Shown: positions 21,401 to 31,247 of the stretch, piece by piece
Numbering within the stretch: the first letter of the stretch is position 1
Layout: each line of letters begins with the position of its first letter
Translations under genes and position numbers: made by a program
DNA from: Chloroflexota bacterium
Lineage (GTDB): Bacteria; Chloroflexota; UBA11872; VXOZ01
Assembly: GCA_964291655.2 (NCBI GenBank)
Contig: OZ219802.1
Span: 224,001 to 288,000 of the forward strand
DNA: 64,000 nucleotides
Reading direction: 5' to 3'
Notes under the pieces: model-generated
Seen by the model: the letters and a program-made list of their open reading frames with translations, nothing else
What the model was told of the DNA's origin: nothing
The model's database searches: none

Positions 21401-24400
21401 TGAAATATCGGCCGCCGATCCAGCATGGTTAGACGACCACCTCGTGTTTGGCCGCCACGTCGTGCCGGCAGCGCTCTGCGGAGCCATGGCGGTATCGGCG
21501 GCTTGGCCGGACTGTGAAGGCACTGTAGTCGTTGAGGATTTCCAGCTCCACAATCCAATAGTCTTGCCGGAGCGAGATCAAGAAGAGGATGCTGAGCCGC
21601 AAAGTCGGAAACTCCAGCTCGTGCTCAGCAAGAGCGAAACGCCGTCTGCCCAACGGGTTGAGGTGTTCAGCAAAGGCAGCGAAGAAGATGGCTGGACTCT
21701 ACACGTGGAAGGCCGGGTTGCCACCGGGGCACAACAAACCGGCGGGTCAATCGATGTGGAAGCCTTGAAGCAGGGCCTGGCAGCGGAAGATGTAGCAGCG
21801 TTCTATCGTGCGAGGGCCGACGTCAATGTGAATCTCGGGCCGCAATTTCGCACATTGCAGTGGCTTTGGACCGGAGATGGCGAGGCCGTGGGTGAGATTT
21901 CCCTCTCTCCTGAGATAGAGCAAAGCACCGCAGAAGTGCACCCGATCGCGCTGGATGGCTGCTTTCAGGTAATGGCGGCCGCGCGCCGGCAGTCAGCAAG
22001 TGAAGATGGTGATGCATATCTGCCGTTCGGTTGGGAACGGCTGTGGCTTACGGAGCAGCTACCAAACCGGCTCATCTGCCATGCGCGCATGCGAGAGAGA
22101 AATCGCGAGTCCGAGGCAGAAGGCGTTGCGGAAGCTACACCTGAAGTCATATCGGGTGATCTGCGCCTCTATACGCCGGAGGGGCGAGAGATTGGGGGAT
22201 TGGACGGCTACACCGTCAAGCGCGCCACGCGCGCCGCGCTGCTGTCGGCTACTGAAAACGTAGAAGACCTCCTGTACGAGGTTGTCTGGCGTGACCGACC
22301 CCTGCCGCAAGGAATGCCGTCTGCGGACTTCCTCGCGAGTCCTACGGCTGTCGCCGCCGAATCTAAGACTTTCCCGGAGTATCTGGCGGCTGAGGGCGTT
22401 GAAGCCGACGATAGAGACGCGTTGCTCTCCGACTTGGAACACCTATCGTGGCGTTGCGCGCTCGCGGCCCTGGAAGAACTCGGGTGGGAGCGCGCAGTCG
22501 GCCAAGCGATAGACCCAGAGGCGTTGCGCCAAGAGTTGGGAGTCTTGGACGAGCATTGCAAGCTCTTTCGCCGCATGCTCGAAATGCAGGTACGCGCCAG
22601 CGTCCTGGCGGAGGCCGGAGAGGACTTTGTCGTGCAATTGGGTCCCGACGACCCGTTGCCGGATGAGGTGCCAAGCGATCCTGACGCATTCTCCATCCAG
22701 ATGGAGTCACGCTACGCCCACGGTACCAACGAGGTCGGCCTCTTTCGGCGCAGCGCAGGCGCATTGGCCGACGTGCTGCGCGGCGAGGCAGACCCACTTA
22801 CGCTTCTCTTTAGCAGCGGCGAACCGAGCGCAGCAGACTTGTACCGCAAAGCGCCTGTAGCACGGGCCGCCAACAAGATGCTGAGCGACGCCGTTGCCGC
22901 GCTTCTCAGCGACATGCCGGCAGATCGGCGACTAAGGGTCATAGAAGTCGGCGCCGGTACTGGCTCGGCAACGGCTTCGGTGTTGCCGGAACTCCCGGAA
23001 GGTCGGTTTGACTACGTTTACACTGACATTTCCGCAGGCTTCTTTGCGGAAGCCGAAGCGCGCTTCGGCGGCACTGAGGCCGCTATTGAATACCGGGTCT
23101 TGGACGTTGAGAAAGACCCGATTTCACAGGGGTTTGACCCCCATGGCTATGACCTGGTCGTTGCGTCCAACGTCCTGCACGCTACACGATATCTGCGAGA
23201 GACTCTCGGCCATTGCCGGGAACTGCTGGCGCCGTCCGGCCAGCTAATTGCCCTTGAGAATCTCCGCGGTCAAGGCTGGCTGGACCTGACCTTCGGTCAG
23301 TTGGACGGCTGGTGGCGTTTTGCCGACCACTACCGACCGCACCATGCCCTCGCGAGCCCGGAAGTCTGGAGTCAGGCACTGCACGACGCAGGTTTCGGGG
23401 AAGTGGAAGTCCTTGGTGTGGATCGGACTGAAACCGGCAGGGAACCTGACCGGGGCGTCATCCTGGCGCAGGGGCCTTCCCAGGTCTTGGAGCCTGCAAG
23501 AGCCTGGGTATTGACACCGGATCGCAACGGCTTCGCGGAAAGGCTAGCGGCGGCGTTGGCGGCTCGCAATCAGACCGTAGTGCTGGCAAGCTGCGAGCAG
23601 CAACCGGACGCGCATCAGGCCGAGTTGGATTCCAAGATTATCCGCACGCCTGTCGCACTCTGTGATCGCGAATCTTGGCAAAATCTCTTCATGAGCCTAC
23701 CCAGTGACGTACCGCTGGAGGGCGTAGTTCATCTCGCCGCTTTAGACGGCAGCGGCCCGGAGTCTACGACCGCAGAGCTGGCGGACGACGCACAGCATGC
23801 CACGGCGAGTGCATTGGCATTGGTGCAGGGCATGGGCGATGCAGACGTAACCCCAAGCAAGGGAACATGGTTCATCACACGTGGCGGTCAGGTGCTGGAA
23901 AAGGAGAGTCGCGGAGAACTCTTCGGAGCGGCGCTCTGGGGTTTCGGCAAAGTGGTGGCGCGCGAAGCAGGCGACTTGCAGCCGCGAATGCTCGACGTGG
24001 AACCGGGACGGGTAGTTCCCATCGCCGACCTGGCAAATGAACTGCTGTATCCGGATTCCGAAAATCACGTTGCCTATCGTGGAAGTCTGCGCCAGGCGGC
24101 ACGCCTCGAACGCATCGGCGCCGTGCCCGAGCGCTTGACGCTGCCCGATAACTCAAGTTGGCTGCTGGAACCGGACGCAGGCGGTGCGCTGGAGGGCATC
24201 CATGTTGGGCCGTTCCCTGCCAGGCCTTTGCAGCCGCGGGAAGTGCGCGTAGCCGTCGATGCCACCGGGCTTAATTTCTGGGATGTCTTCCGCTCGCTTG
24301 GGCTCATCGACGAAGGTCTCCTGGGTGGCGAATTCTGCGGCCGGGTGCTTGAGGTCGCAGCCGACGTTACGTCTGTTGCGGTCGGCGACCGCATCGTCGG

Positions 24401-27400
24401 TCTCGCGTTTGGTACGTTTGGGCCTGAGGCGATTACGCGGGAAGAGATGGTTGCGCTGGCTCCGCCGGGCTACACGGCCACAGCACTTGCCACCATGCCA
24501 ACGGTGTTTGTTTCGGCCGCGCTCGCGTATGACATTGCCGCATTGAGGGCTGGCGAGCGTGTGTTGATCCATGCTGGCGCCGGCGGCGTGGGATTGGCAG
24601 CCATCCAATTGGCGCAGGCCTTGGGCGCGGAAGTGCACACAACGGCGAGCGCACCCAAGCAAGCATATCTCCGCTCACTGGGTGTTGAGCACATCTACGA
24701 CAGCCGGCGAACTGACTTCGGCCGGCAAATCCTCGAAGCCACCAACGGCGAAGGTGTTCACGTCATCTTGAATAGCCTGACAAGTGAGGGCTTCATCGAG
24801 TCAAGCTTATCCTGCCTTGCGCAAGGCGGCCGGTTCGTGGAATTGGCGCGCGTGGGCATTTACAGCGAAGAAGAGATGGCCGCGGCACGGCCGGATGTGA
24901 CCTACGACATCCTGGAATTGGATACGCTCAAGGAGCACGATCCGGCGCGCCCGGGAGACGCCTTGCGGCGCACGATGGCACAACTAGACCTGGGTGAGAT
25001 TACCCCGCTCATTCACAGCAGGTGGGCGCTCAATCAAGCCGGGGCCGCCATGGACTTCATGCGTTCTGCTCGTCACATCGGCAAGATCGTCTTTTCAGTC
25101 TCGCCAATAGAAACAGGAACGCTGCGCGACGACCGGACGTATCTCGTAACGGGCGGTCTCGGTGGAATCGGATGCGCTTTGGCCGGTTGGCTGGCTGAAC
25201 GTGGCGCCGGAGCTATTGTGCTGAACGGACGGCGCGACCCTGATCCCGAAGCCGTCGCGGCCATCAACGCACTGCAAGCAAGTGGCGTTAACGTGCACGT
25301 GGAATTGGCCGACGTAACTGACGGCGATGCGGTCAACGCGATGTTAGCGCGCATCGATGCCACGCAGCCGCCGCTCGGAGGCATAATTCACAGCGTTGGC
25401 GTTCTGTCGGACGCAGCCCTCACCAACCAGAGCTGGGAGAGTTTTGAGAACGTGCTGTGGCCTAAGATGCTAGGCGCATGGCACCTGCATCGCGCGACAC
25501 TGGACCGGGATCTTGACCTCTTTGTCCTCTTCTCCAGCGTGACCGGCGTGCTGGGCAACGCGGGCCAGGCGAACCACGGGGCGGCGAACGCGTTCCTGGA
25601 CCAACTTGCCGGCCACCGGCGGGCACGTGGTCTCGCTGGTCAATCGATTGCCTGGGGCGCATGGTCGGGTCTCGGCGAGGCCGAGGAACAGCGAGAGCGC
25701 ATCGCCAGGCAGTTGGAGGCGTCGGGAACGGGCTGGATGACCCCGCAGCAAGGCTTGAAAGCCTTCGAAATGCTCATGCGGCAGGATGTTACAGCAGGCT
25801 TGGTCGCGGCCGTAGACTGGGACGTTCTTTCGCAGAGTCACGAAGACAATCCACCACTGTTCGAGAATGTCGTCACTAAAACATCGGAGGGAGACGAGGA
25901 GTCGGCTGAGGCCCCACAAGACTTGATGTCTCGCCTGCGGAGTGCGACCGCCGCGGAGCGGGAACAGGTGCTCGCTTCATTCCTGCAAGAGGAACTCCAG
26001 GCGGTGATGCGGCTGCCAACGGAACCCGCCTTGTCGGTTGAGTTTGCCGACCTCGGAATGGATTCGCTCATGGCTGTAGAGATGCGCAACCGCGTCAACC
26101 GCGGCTTTGCCGGAGAGTATGTGGCATCGAACACGGTAGTCTTCGACTATCCCAGCATCGCAGGCCTCGCCCGCCATTTGGCAACTGAGCTTGGGGATGG
26201 CGAGGAGTCTCCAGCGGCCGAATCCCTGCCCGCCCCAGAGCCGCCATCAATCGACGTCGCCGAGGATAGCATTGCCATTGTCGGCATGGCCTGCCGGATA
26301 CCGGGTGCTGAAGACCCTGAAGGCTTCTGGAGTCTCTTAGAAACAGGCCAGAACATGGTAACCGACGGACGTCAAGACGCTGGCTCTTGGAGTGGCATAG
26401 CCGGGGATCCCGCGGCTGACAGTGCTGCCTATCGGCACGGGGCATATCTGCAGGGGATAGACGAGTTTGATTCTCGTTTCTTCAAGATTGCCCCGATTGA
26501 AGCACAGATGATGGATCCGCAACAGCGGCTTCTGTTGGAAACTTCCTGGCAGGCTTTCGAAGATGCCGGCATAGATCCCGAAAGTCTGCGGGGGAGTCGC
26601 ACCGGGGTCTATGCCGGCATTGGCGGCAGCGAGTACCGCAGAGTAATCATGGAGAGCGGTAGGGACGACGACTATCTGGGAACTGCCGGTGGCGTGGCGG
26701 TGGGTCGGGTCGCCTTTACATTGGGGCTTGAGGGCCCGGCCGTACCGATAGAACTGGCCTGTGCCGCTTCCTTGGTTGCGGTTCACCAGGCCGTAGCCAG
26801 TTTACAGCGCGGCGAAATCGATATGGCGCTGGCCGGAGGGGTCAATGCGGTCCTTTCCCAGTCCGTTATGCGATTTCTCGCGGATGCGGGGATGCTCTCG
26901 CTAAGCGGCCAGTGCTGGACGTTTGATGCCGCCGCAGATGGATATGTGCGCGGCGAAGGGTGCGGCTTGGTGGTGTTGAAGCGCCTGAGCGAAGCCGAGG
27001 CAGACGGTGATCGCATCTGGGCCGTGATCCGCGGCACTGCCGTCAACCAGAACGGCGCCGGTTTGGGCCTGACACTGCCGAACGGTCCCGCCCAGGAACG
27101 CGCCATGAGAGAAGCACTGTCGCAGGCAGACGTCGCGCCCGCCGAGATCGACTACGTCGAGGCACATGGCCCGGGTACTGCCGTCGGCGATGCGGTGGAA
27201 CTGAACGCTGTGGCTAACGTCTACGGTCGAGATCGCGATGCCAAGAACCCACTGCTCATTGGCTCTGTCAAGACGAATATCGGCCACCTGGAAGCGGCTG
27301 GGGGAGTCGCAAGCCTCATGAAGACGGTGCTTGCAATGCAGCAAGGCGCCATTCCTCAACATCTCAACTTCCGAAACCCAAATCCCGATATCGATTGGGA

Positions 27401-28856
27401 TCGCTTGCCGGTGCGCGTGACATCAGAAGCGGTCGCATGGCCGTCCGCTACCAATCGACCGCCTTTTGCGAGTGTGAATGTCTTTAGCATCTCAGGCGCG
27501 AACGCGCATGTCGTTGTCGAAGGCTGCCCCGCGCACGATGAAGAGGAGAGCAGCGGGAACGGCAGCCGGTGGCCGGCGGGCGCCGCGCGCCTCGTAGAGG
27601 TTGCGCTGCCCGATGGTGCGGACTTCGCCGAAACGTCAGATATGAACCTAGCACAACGCACCACGCGTCTGCTGCCTCTCTCCGGCAAGACCCACCAAGC
27701 ACGGCGCCAGCTAGCGGAACGCTACTTAGCCTGGCTCGATGATACGCACGCAGACTCTGACTCCACAGATGCCTTAGAAGACTCCGTGCTTGCGGATATG
27801 GCGTGCACGGCCGGCGTGGGGCGCAGTCACTTCTCCCACCGCGCGGGATTGGCCTTCCAAACGTATGCGGAACTGCGAGAGAAGCTGCAGGGGCTCGCTG
27901 CAGTACGTGAGGATTCCGACGAACCTGAACCGCTACCGGTCGCGAATACTGCCTTTGCCTTTGGTGGCTCGGTACACGGGGTGGCCGCCATGAGCAAGTC
28001 CCTTTACAAGCGAGAACCCGTCGCCCGCGCAGTGCTGGACCGCTGCGATGCTATTCTCCGCGAGGAACGAGCATCCTCCATTTTGGACGTGTTGTTCGGT
28101 AAGAACGGTGATTCGGCTAGCGCCAACCACGATCCGGCTTGGTATCAGCCGGCAGTTTACGCTTTGGAGTGTGCGCTTACGGCGCTCTGGGCGAGTGTCG
28201 GCATTCGGCCGAGTGTTGTAACGGGGTGCGGTGTGGGCGAACTCGCGTCGGCACAAGCCGCGGGAGCGCTCAGTCTTGAGGACGGCTTGCGCATCGCTGC
28301 CGAGTGGGGTGCGCAAATGGCGGGTGACTCTCTCAACGCATCACAGCCAGATGTTTCACCTGGGCTGGGAGAGGCAATCGCGGCAGTAGCAAACGCACCC
28401 TCAATCACCATGGTGAGCGGCGCAACGGGACGGGTGGTAAACCCCGGTAACCGGCCTGAAGCGGCGTATTGGAACGAAAGCGCCGGCTCGCCTGCAGCAG
28501 CGGGCTGCGTCGAGGCTCTGGCTGAGTTGGCTGTCGACCTGCTCGTGTCAATCGAATTAGGCGCAGAGGGAGATTCCCGGGTCGCTGAGCGGTGGCGGAG
28601 CCCGGCAGGAACAGTGACGTCCGACCGAAAGCTTGTCTACATTGAGTCATTGGCGCGCGCTGACAGTGAAGGATTGTCGCCGGCGCCTGACTGCCAATTC
28701 ACCAGGGCCGTTGCGGACGCGTACGAAGCAGGACTCCAGGTCTCCTTTGCGGGACTGTTTGCCGGAGAGATGCGCAGACGCATCTCTCTGCCAAGCTATC
28801 CTTTCCAACGCCGCCGACATTGGGTAAATGCGCGCAATTCGGTAACGTCCAGCTAA
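18426..28856 (+). CDS. supA: SupA-like type I PKS/FAS: KS-AT-DH-cMT-ER-KR-ACP-KS-AT(inactive)
   Basis: KS DTACSSS/HGTGT/GHLES; AT GHSLG..QAFHS; DH HLVFGRHVVP..LDGCFQ; MT EVGAGTG; ER LIHAGAGGVG; KR GGLGGIG; ACP LGMDSL; second KS ELACAAS/HGPGT/GHLEA; terminal AT GCGVG. Architecture matches the sponge-symbiont Sup PKS as I recall it. Start uncertain (18426-18462). Confidence 0.88.
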   Translation: MTMTSAWKGDVSVSTSSPLEDSQPFLRQSAEPIAIVGMACRFPQAPDVAAFWDLLAAGKTAVIQGVPGSGAGRVGQLFPDAAVQNEACLFGAYLDEVDQFDAEFFRISPVEAQLLDPQQRLMLETSWRALEDAGIDPESLKGSRTGVFAGISNMEYRDLVLDSSHTAEPATSLYSVSGTSFNTAIGRVCFALGLQGPAIALDTACSSSLVAIHQAVVGLQRREANLALAGGVHTILSGRLLELRGNAGMLAPDGQCKTFDAAANGYVRGEGCGLIVLKRLSDAEADGDRIWAVIRGSAINQDGASQGLTVPNGEAQESVIADALLSAGISPTEVDYVETHGTGTPVGDPIEAQATGTAYGIGRDPGRPLLIGSVKTNVGHLESAAGVAGVLKVVLAMNHGVIPKHRNFSTPNPEIDWVNLPLHVASEPTAWPRNADRLPLAGVSGFGWSGTNAHVIVEGYAELDAGSQGTDIQAWPTGAPYPIAPSLPHDVSEPTRGEDLTPRQTRLLPVSGKTKQALKDAAGRFLEWLATQSKELASSEPAVNPLLSDLAWTAGIGRSHFSHRAALPFRDIASLREQLGQVVDSPPGTENATPRKIAFMYTGQGSQWLGMGETLYDNEPVFRAVLDRCEAVFRVERSASLLDVMFGKPEAVGDLNDTAWAQPAIYALECGLTALWASVGIYPSVVIGHSLGEFAAAHAAGVFSLEAGMRFVSRRGASLATLADAGAMAAIFATEAQVIAAMEEVNAAADGAEVSIAAYNGAHQVVSGPVSSVEAIVDRFESQDVRVRRLNTSQAFHSALVEPALDDIEAALEDIEVASPSVDLISNVSGRLVAPGESLDGAYWRRHMRRPVAFRQGVATLAELGVDMVIELGPHAVLGPMATMAWPESPAGKVDEGPAVIASLRRPDRESTTREPESSFVDAVAAGYTAGLEVSWQGLFAGESRCRISLPDYPFQRRRHWVDRPTRRRSGTDHPLLGLRHESPRGEIHFETEISAADPAWLDDHLVFGRHVVPAALCGAMAVSAAWPDCEGTVVVEDFQLHNPIVLPERDQEEDAEPQSRKLQLVLSKSETPSAQRVEVFSKGSEEDGWTLHVEGRVATGAQQTGGSIDVEALKQGLAAEDVAAFYRARADVNVNLGPQFRTLQWLWTGDGEAVGEISLSPEIEQSTAEVHPIALDGCFQVMAAARRQSASEDGDAYLPFGWERLWLTEQLPNRLICHARMRERNRESEAEGVAEATPEVISGDLRLYTPEGREIGGLDGYTVKRATRAALLSATENVEDLLYEVVWRDRPLPQGMPSADFLASPTAVAAESKTFPEYLAAEGVEADDRDALLSDLEHLSWRCALAALEELGWERAVGQAIDPEALRQELGVLDEHCKLFRRMLEMQVRASVLAEAGEDFVVQLGPDDPLPDEVPSDPDAFSIQMESRYAHGTNEVGLFRRSAGALADVLRGEADPLTLLFSSGEPSAADLYRKAPVARAANKMLSDAVAALLSDMPADRRLRVIEVGAGTGSATASVLPELPEGRFDYVYTDISAGFFAEAEARFGGTEAAIEYRVLDVEKDPISQGFDPHGYDLVVASNVLHATRYLRETLGHCRELLAPSGQLIALENLRGQGWLDLTFGQLDGWWRFADHYRPHHALASPEVWSQALHDAGFGEVEVLGVDRTETGREPDRGVILAQGPSQVLEPARAWVLTPDRNGFAERLAAALAARNQTVVLASCEQQPDAHQAELDSKIIRTPVALCDRESWQNLFMSLPSDVPLEGVVHLAALDGSGPESTTAELADDAQHATASALALVQGMGDADVTPSKGTWFITRGGQVLEKESRGELFGAALWGFGKVVAREAGDLQPRMLDVEPGRVVPIADLANELLYPDSENHVAYRGSLRQAARLERIGAVPERLTLPDNSSWLLEPDAGGALEGIHVGPFPARPLQPREVRVAVDATGLNFWDVFRSLGLIDEGLLGGEFCGRVLEVAADVTSVAVGDRIVGLAFGTFGPEAITREEMVALAPPGYTATALATMPTVFVSAALAYDIAALRAGERVLIHAGAGGVGLAAIQLAQALGAEVHTTASAPKQAYLRSLGVEHIYDSRRTDFGRQILEATNGEGVHVILNSLTSEGFIESSLSCLAQGGRFVELARVGIYSEEEMAAARPDVTYDILELDTLKEHDPARPGDALRRTMAQLDLGEITPLIHSRWALNQAGAAMDFMRSARHIGKIVFSVSPIETGTLRDDRTYLVTGGLGGIGCALAGWLAERGAGAIVLNGRRDPDPEAVAAINALQASGVNVHVELADVTDGDAVNAMLARIDATQPPLGGIIHSVGVLSDAALTNQSWESFENVLWPKMLGAWHLHRATLDRDLDLFVLFSSVTGVLGNAGQANHGAANAFLDQLAGHRRARGLAGQSIAWGAWSGLGEAEEQRERIARQLEASGTGWMTPQQGLKAFEMLMRQDVTAGLVAAVDWDVLSQSHEDNPPLFENVVTKTSEGDEESAEAPQDLMSRLRSATAAEREQVLASFLQEELQAVMRLPTEPALSVEFADLGMDSLMAVEMRNRVNRGFAGEYVASNTVVFDYPSIAGLARHLATELGDGEESPAAESLPAPEPPSIDVAEDSIAIVGMACRIPGAEDPEGFWSLLETGQNMVTDGRQDAGSWSGIAGDPAADSAAYRHGAYLQGIDEFDSRFFKIAPIEAQMMDPQQRLLLETSWQAFEDAGIDPESLRGSRTGVYAGIGGSEYRRVIMESGRDDDYLGTAGGVAVGRVAFTLGLEGPAVPIELACAASLVAVHQAVASLQRGEIDMALAGGVNAVLSQSVMRFLADAGMLSLSGQCWTFDAAADGYVRGEGCGLVVLKRLSEAEADGDRIWAVIRGTAVNQNGAGLGLTLPNGPAQERAMREALSQADVAPAEIDYVEAHGPGTAVGDAVELNAVANVYGRDRDAKNPLLIGSVKTNIGHLEAAGGVASLMKTVLAMQQGAIPQHLNFRNPNPDIDWDRLPVRVTSEAVAWPSATNRPPFASVNVFSISGANAHVVVEGCPAHDEEESSGNGSRWPAGAARLVEVALPDGADFAETSDMNLAQRTTRLLPLSGKTHQARRQLAERYLAWLDDTHADSDSTDALEDSVLADMACTAGVGRSHFSHRAGLAFQTYAELREKLQGLAAVREDSDEPEPLPVANTAFAFGGSVHGVAAMSKSLYKREPVARAVLDRCDAILREERASSILDVLFGKNGDSASANHDPAWYQPAVYALECALTALWASVGIRPSVVTGCGVGELASAQAAGALSLEDGLRIAAEWGAQMAGDSLNASQPDVSPGLGEAIAAVANAPSITMVSGATGRVVNPGNRPEAAYWNESAGSPAAAGCVEALAELAVDLLVSIELGAEGDSRVAERWRSPAGTVTSDRKLVYIESLARADSEGLSPAPDCQFTRAVADAYEAGLQVSFAGLFAGEMRRRISLPSYPFQRRRHWVNARNSVTSS

Positions 28857-29006
28857 GTCCAGGGCAAGTAAGGAGTGTGCATGCCACACAATTGGGTGCA
28901 AACGCAGAGTCAGCCCACGTGGGGCTCTCTCATTGACTAAGTGGTCGTCACTTGCTATGGTTGCAGCAGAGTTTAACATGGGATTTCTTGTGGGAGGATT
29001 GTTCAT

Positions 29007-29252
29007 ATGGCAGCGACCGCAGAGCGCATGAAGCAGCTTGTTGCGTCGAACCTAGAGGTGGATGGCAAGCCGTTGGGTCCTGACTTCGACCTCGGCGCCA
29101 GTCTCGCCGATGCCGGTGTTTCATCCATGGACATCGTTGCATTTGCGAAGGTAGTCGCCCAGGAGTTCAATGTAGAGATCACGCGCGAGAATTGCCCAAC
29201 GCTCAACAACCTTCAAGAGTTGGTCGACGCCATTGATGCCCGCGAGGGGTAG
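29007..29252 (+). CDS. Stand-alone acyl carrier protein (SupB-like)
   Basis: 81 aa, acidic, LADAGVSSMDIV around the phosphopantetheine Ser; GGAGG SD. Confidence 0.8.
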   Translation: MAATAERMKQLVASNLEVDGKPLGPDFDLGASLADAGVSSMDIVAFAKVVAQEFNVEITRENCPTLNNLQELVDAIDAREG

Positions 29253-29359
29253 GTCGCGTCCCAATTGCCGGCAATGTAGATTCTGGGCAGTTCTTGATAT
29301 TTGTGACAAATCGCCGCTCCTGCAGGAGCGGCGAAATTCTTAGCTGGGCTAGTTAGTCC

Positions 29360-30094
29360 GTGATGTGTCGGCTCAATGAGCGTGCGATGCCTATGACCGC
29401 CATAGACTTGCGCTGGTGGACCCATTTCAAGACAATTGGCGCCGTCCGCGTTGCCCATGTTAACCTGCGACCTCAACCGGAGGCAGAAGCGGCTGCGTAT
29501 CGATGGCTAGACGAAGGGGAACAAGATCGGTTTCAGCGCTTCGCTTTTGACGGCCCACGACGCAGGTTTGCCCTATGTCGTTCCGCCCTGCGGGCCATCC
29601 TCTGCGATCAGTTGAGGTGTGAGAACGAAGACCTCTTCTTTGCCAGCTCTCCTTTTGGCAAACCAATCGCCCGACAAAGAGACGCGCCGGCCGCAGTCAG
29701 CTTCAACGTCAGCCACAGCGGCGATCACGGGCTGGTAGCCTACGCACCAACCGGAAGGCTGGGCGTGGACGTTGAAGAGCGCGATGGGCACCGCAACCTT
29801 GACGTGCTTATAGACACCGTGTTTACGTGCGACGAAGAGGCGGCAATACGGTCGCAACAGGGACCTGGGCGCGTCCACCTCTTCTACGGGCTCTGGACGA
29901 TGAAGGAAGCCCTGATGAAGGCCCAGGGCGAGGGCATCCATCTGGACGCTGCCAGCATCCGGCTTCCTGAGTCCATGCTGCGGGGTACTCAGCAGGGCTC
30001 AATGGAATTGTCCCAGTTTCCCGGTGTTTCATGGCACGTTCAAGACCTTGGAAACGAAGAGTTCGCGGCTGCCGTTGCCTTTGAGATAGACTGA
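29360..30094 (+). CDS. Sfp-type 4'-phosphopantetheinyl transferase (SupC-like)
   Basis: GKP, FNVSHSG, LGVDVE, WTMKEALMKAQGEG. Start uncertain. Confidence 0.92.
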   Translation: MMCRLNERAMPMTAIDLRWWTHFKTIGAVRVAHVNLRPQPEAEAAAYRWLDEGEQDRFQRFAFDGPRRRFALCRSALRAILCDQLRCENEDLFFASSPFGKPIARQRDAPAAVSFNVSHSGDHGLVAYAPTGRLGVDVEERDGHRNLDVLIDTVFTCDEEAAIRSQQGPGRVHLFYGLWTMKEALMKAQGEGIHLDAASIRLPESMLRGTQQGSMELSQFPGVSWHVQDLGNEEFAAAVAFEID

Positions 30095-30123
30095 AGCCAC
30101 AAGTAACAAGAACAGTACAATTC

Positions 30124-31032
30124 ATGGCGAATTCAAAGACGGTATGGGAGGTACCCGAGCCCCACGCCACGTTGGACGTGCGGGTAGATAGCGATACCAC
30201 AATTAGGCTGCGGCGCCACGGTAATTCCAACGGGCCGCGGCTGGTGTTAAGCCATGGCAACGGCCTTGCGATTGACCTCTATTATCCCTTTTGGTCGCAC
30301 TTGACAAGCGAATTCGACGTGATAGTCCACGATCTGAGGAACCATGGCTGGAATGCAGTGACTTCGGCGAGGGAGCACACTATTGCTACCTTTGCGTCTG
30401 ACCATGACATCCTGCTTGATGCCATTGAGATAAACTTCGGGAAGAAGCCCATCAGCGGCGTCTACCACTCGGTCTCCGCGCTGACAACTCTGGTCTCTCC
30501 CACCAAGGGCAGCCGCCACGCATCGCTCATTCTCTTCGATCCCCCGCTGTGCAAGCCTGGCGCCAGCTTTGAGGAATTCGATACCGCAGCCACACGTGCA
30601 GCCGGCATGGCACGCCGCCGCACCTTCCACTTCAACTCCAGGGAGGACTTTGTGGAATTACTTGGCTTCTCACCGATTTTTCAGCATACGGTGCCCGGAA
30701 CTATCGAACTCGTGGCACAAGCGACGTTGAGGGATAGTGAGGGTGGAACGGGCTTTGAGCTATGCTGCCCTCCCGAATACGAAGCGCAGATTGTCGACTA
30801 TGCCAGTCCTTATGCCGTACTTGTGGACTTTCGAAAGTTTCACTGTCCCATTAAGGTCATTGGAGCTGACCCCACCTTGCCATATTCCTATCTGCCAACC
30901 CTGGATCTCAGTGACATCCTGAGCGTGGACTATGACTTCCTGCCCGATGCGACACACTTCCTCTCACTGGAAAAACCGGAGGAGTGCGCGGACATCGTGC
31001 GGAAATTCATTGCTGAGCATGCGTCTGACTAG
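30124..31032 (+). CDS. Alpha/beta hydrolase (SupD/E-like)
   Basis: LSHGNG, HDLRNHG, YHSVS nucleophile elbow, THFLSLEKP. Confidence 0.82.
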   Translation: MANSKTVWEVPEPHATLDVRVDSDTTIRLRRHGNSNGPRLVLSHGNGLAIDLYYPFWSHLTSEFDVIVHDLRNHGWNAVTSAREHTIATFASDHDILLDAIEINFGKKPISGVYHSVSALTTLVSPTKGSRHASLILFDPPLCKPGASFEEFDTAATRAAGMARRRTFHFNSREDFVELLGFSPIFQHTVPGTIELVAQATLRDSEGGTGFELCCPPEYEAQIVDYASPYAVLVDFRKFHCPIKVIGADPTLPYSYLPTLDLSDILSVDYDFLPDATHFLSLEKPEECADIVRKFIAEHASD

Positions 31033-31247
31033 AGCAGCATGTTTCGTTAGGGTCGGTTGGCGGGGGCGGAACCGCACCCCTGAACGTGTGAGGCACAATC
31101 AGACCGGGACCCAGGAGGATAGTCCCGCACGGCGTGCCTGTGGGGGGTTGGACGAGCCCAATTGCGCGGGCGGGGAGCGAAAGAGATCGTGAGAGCGTCT
31201 CGGTCCGCCTCAGCAGTGGGGGATGCAACGCTGAGGAACTCGCTGGT

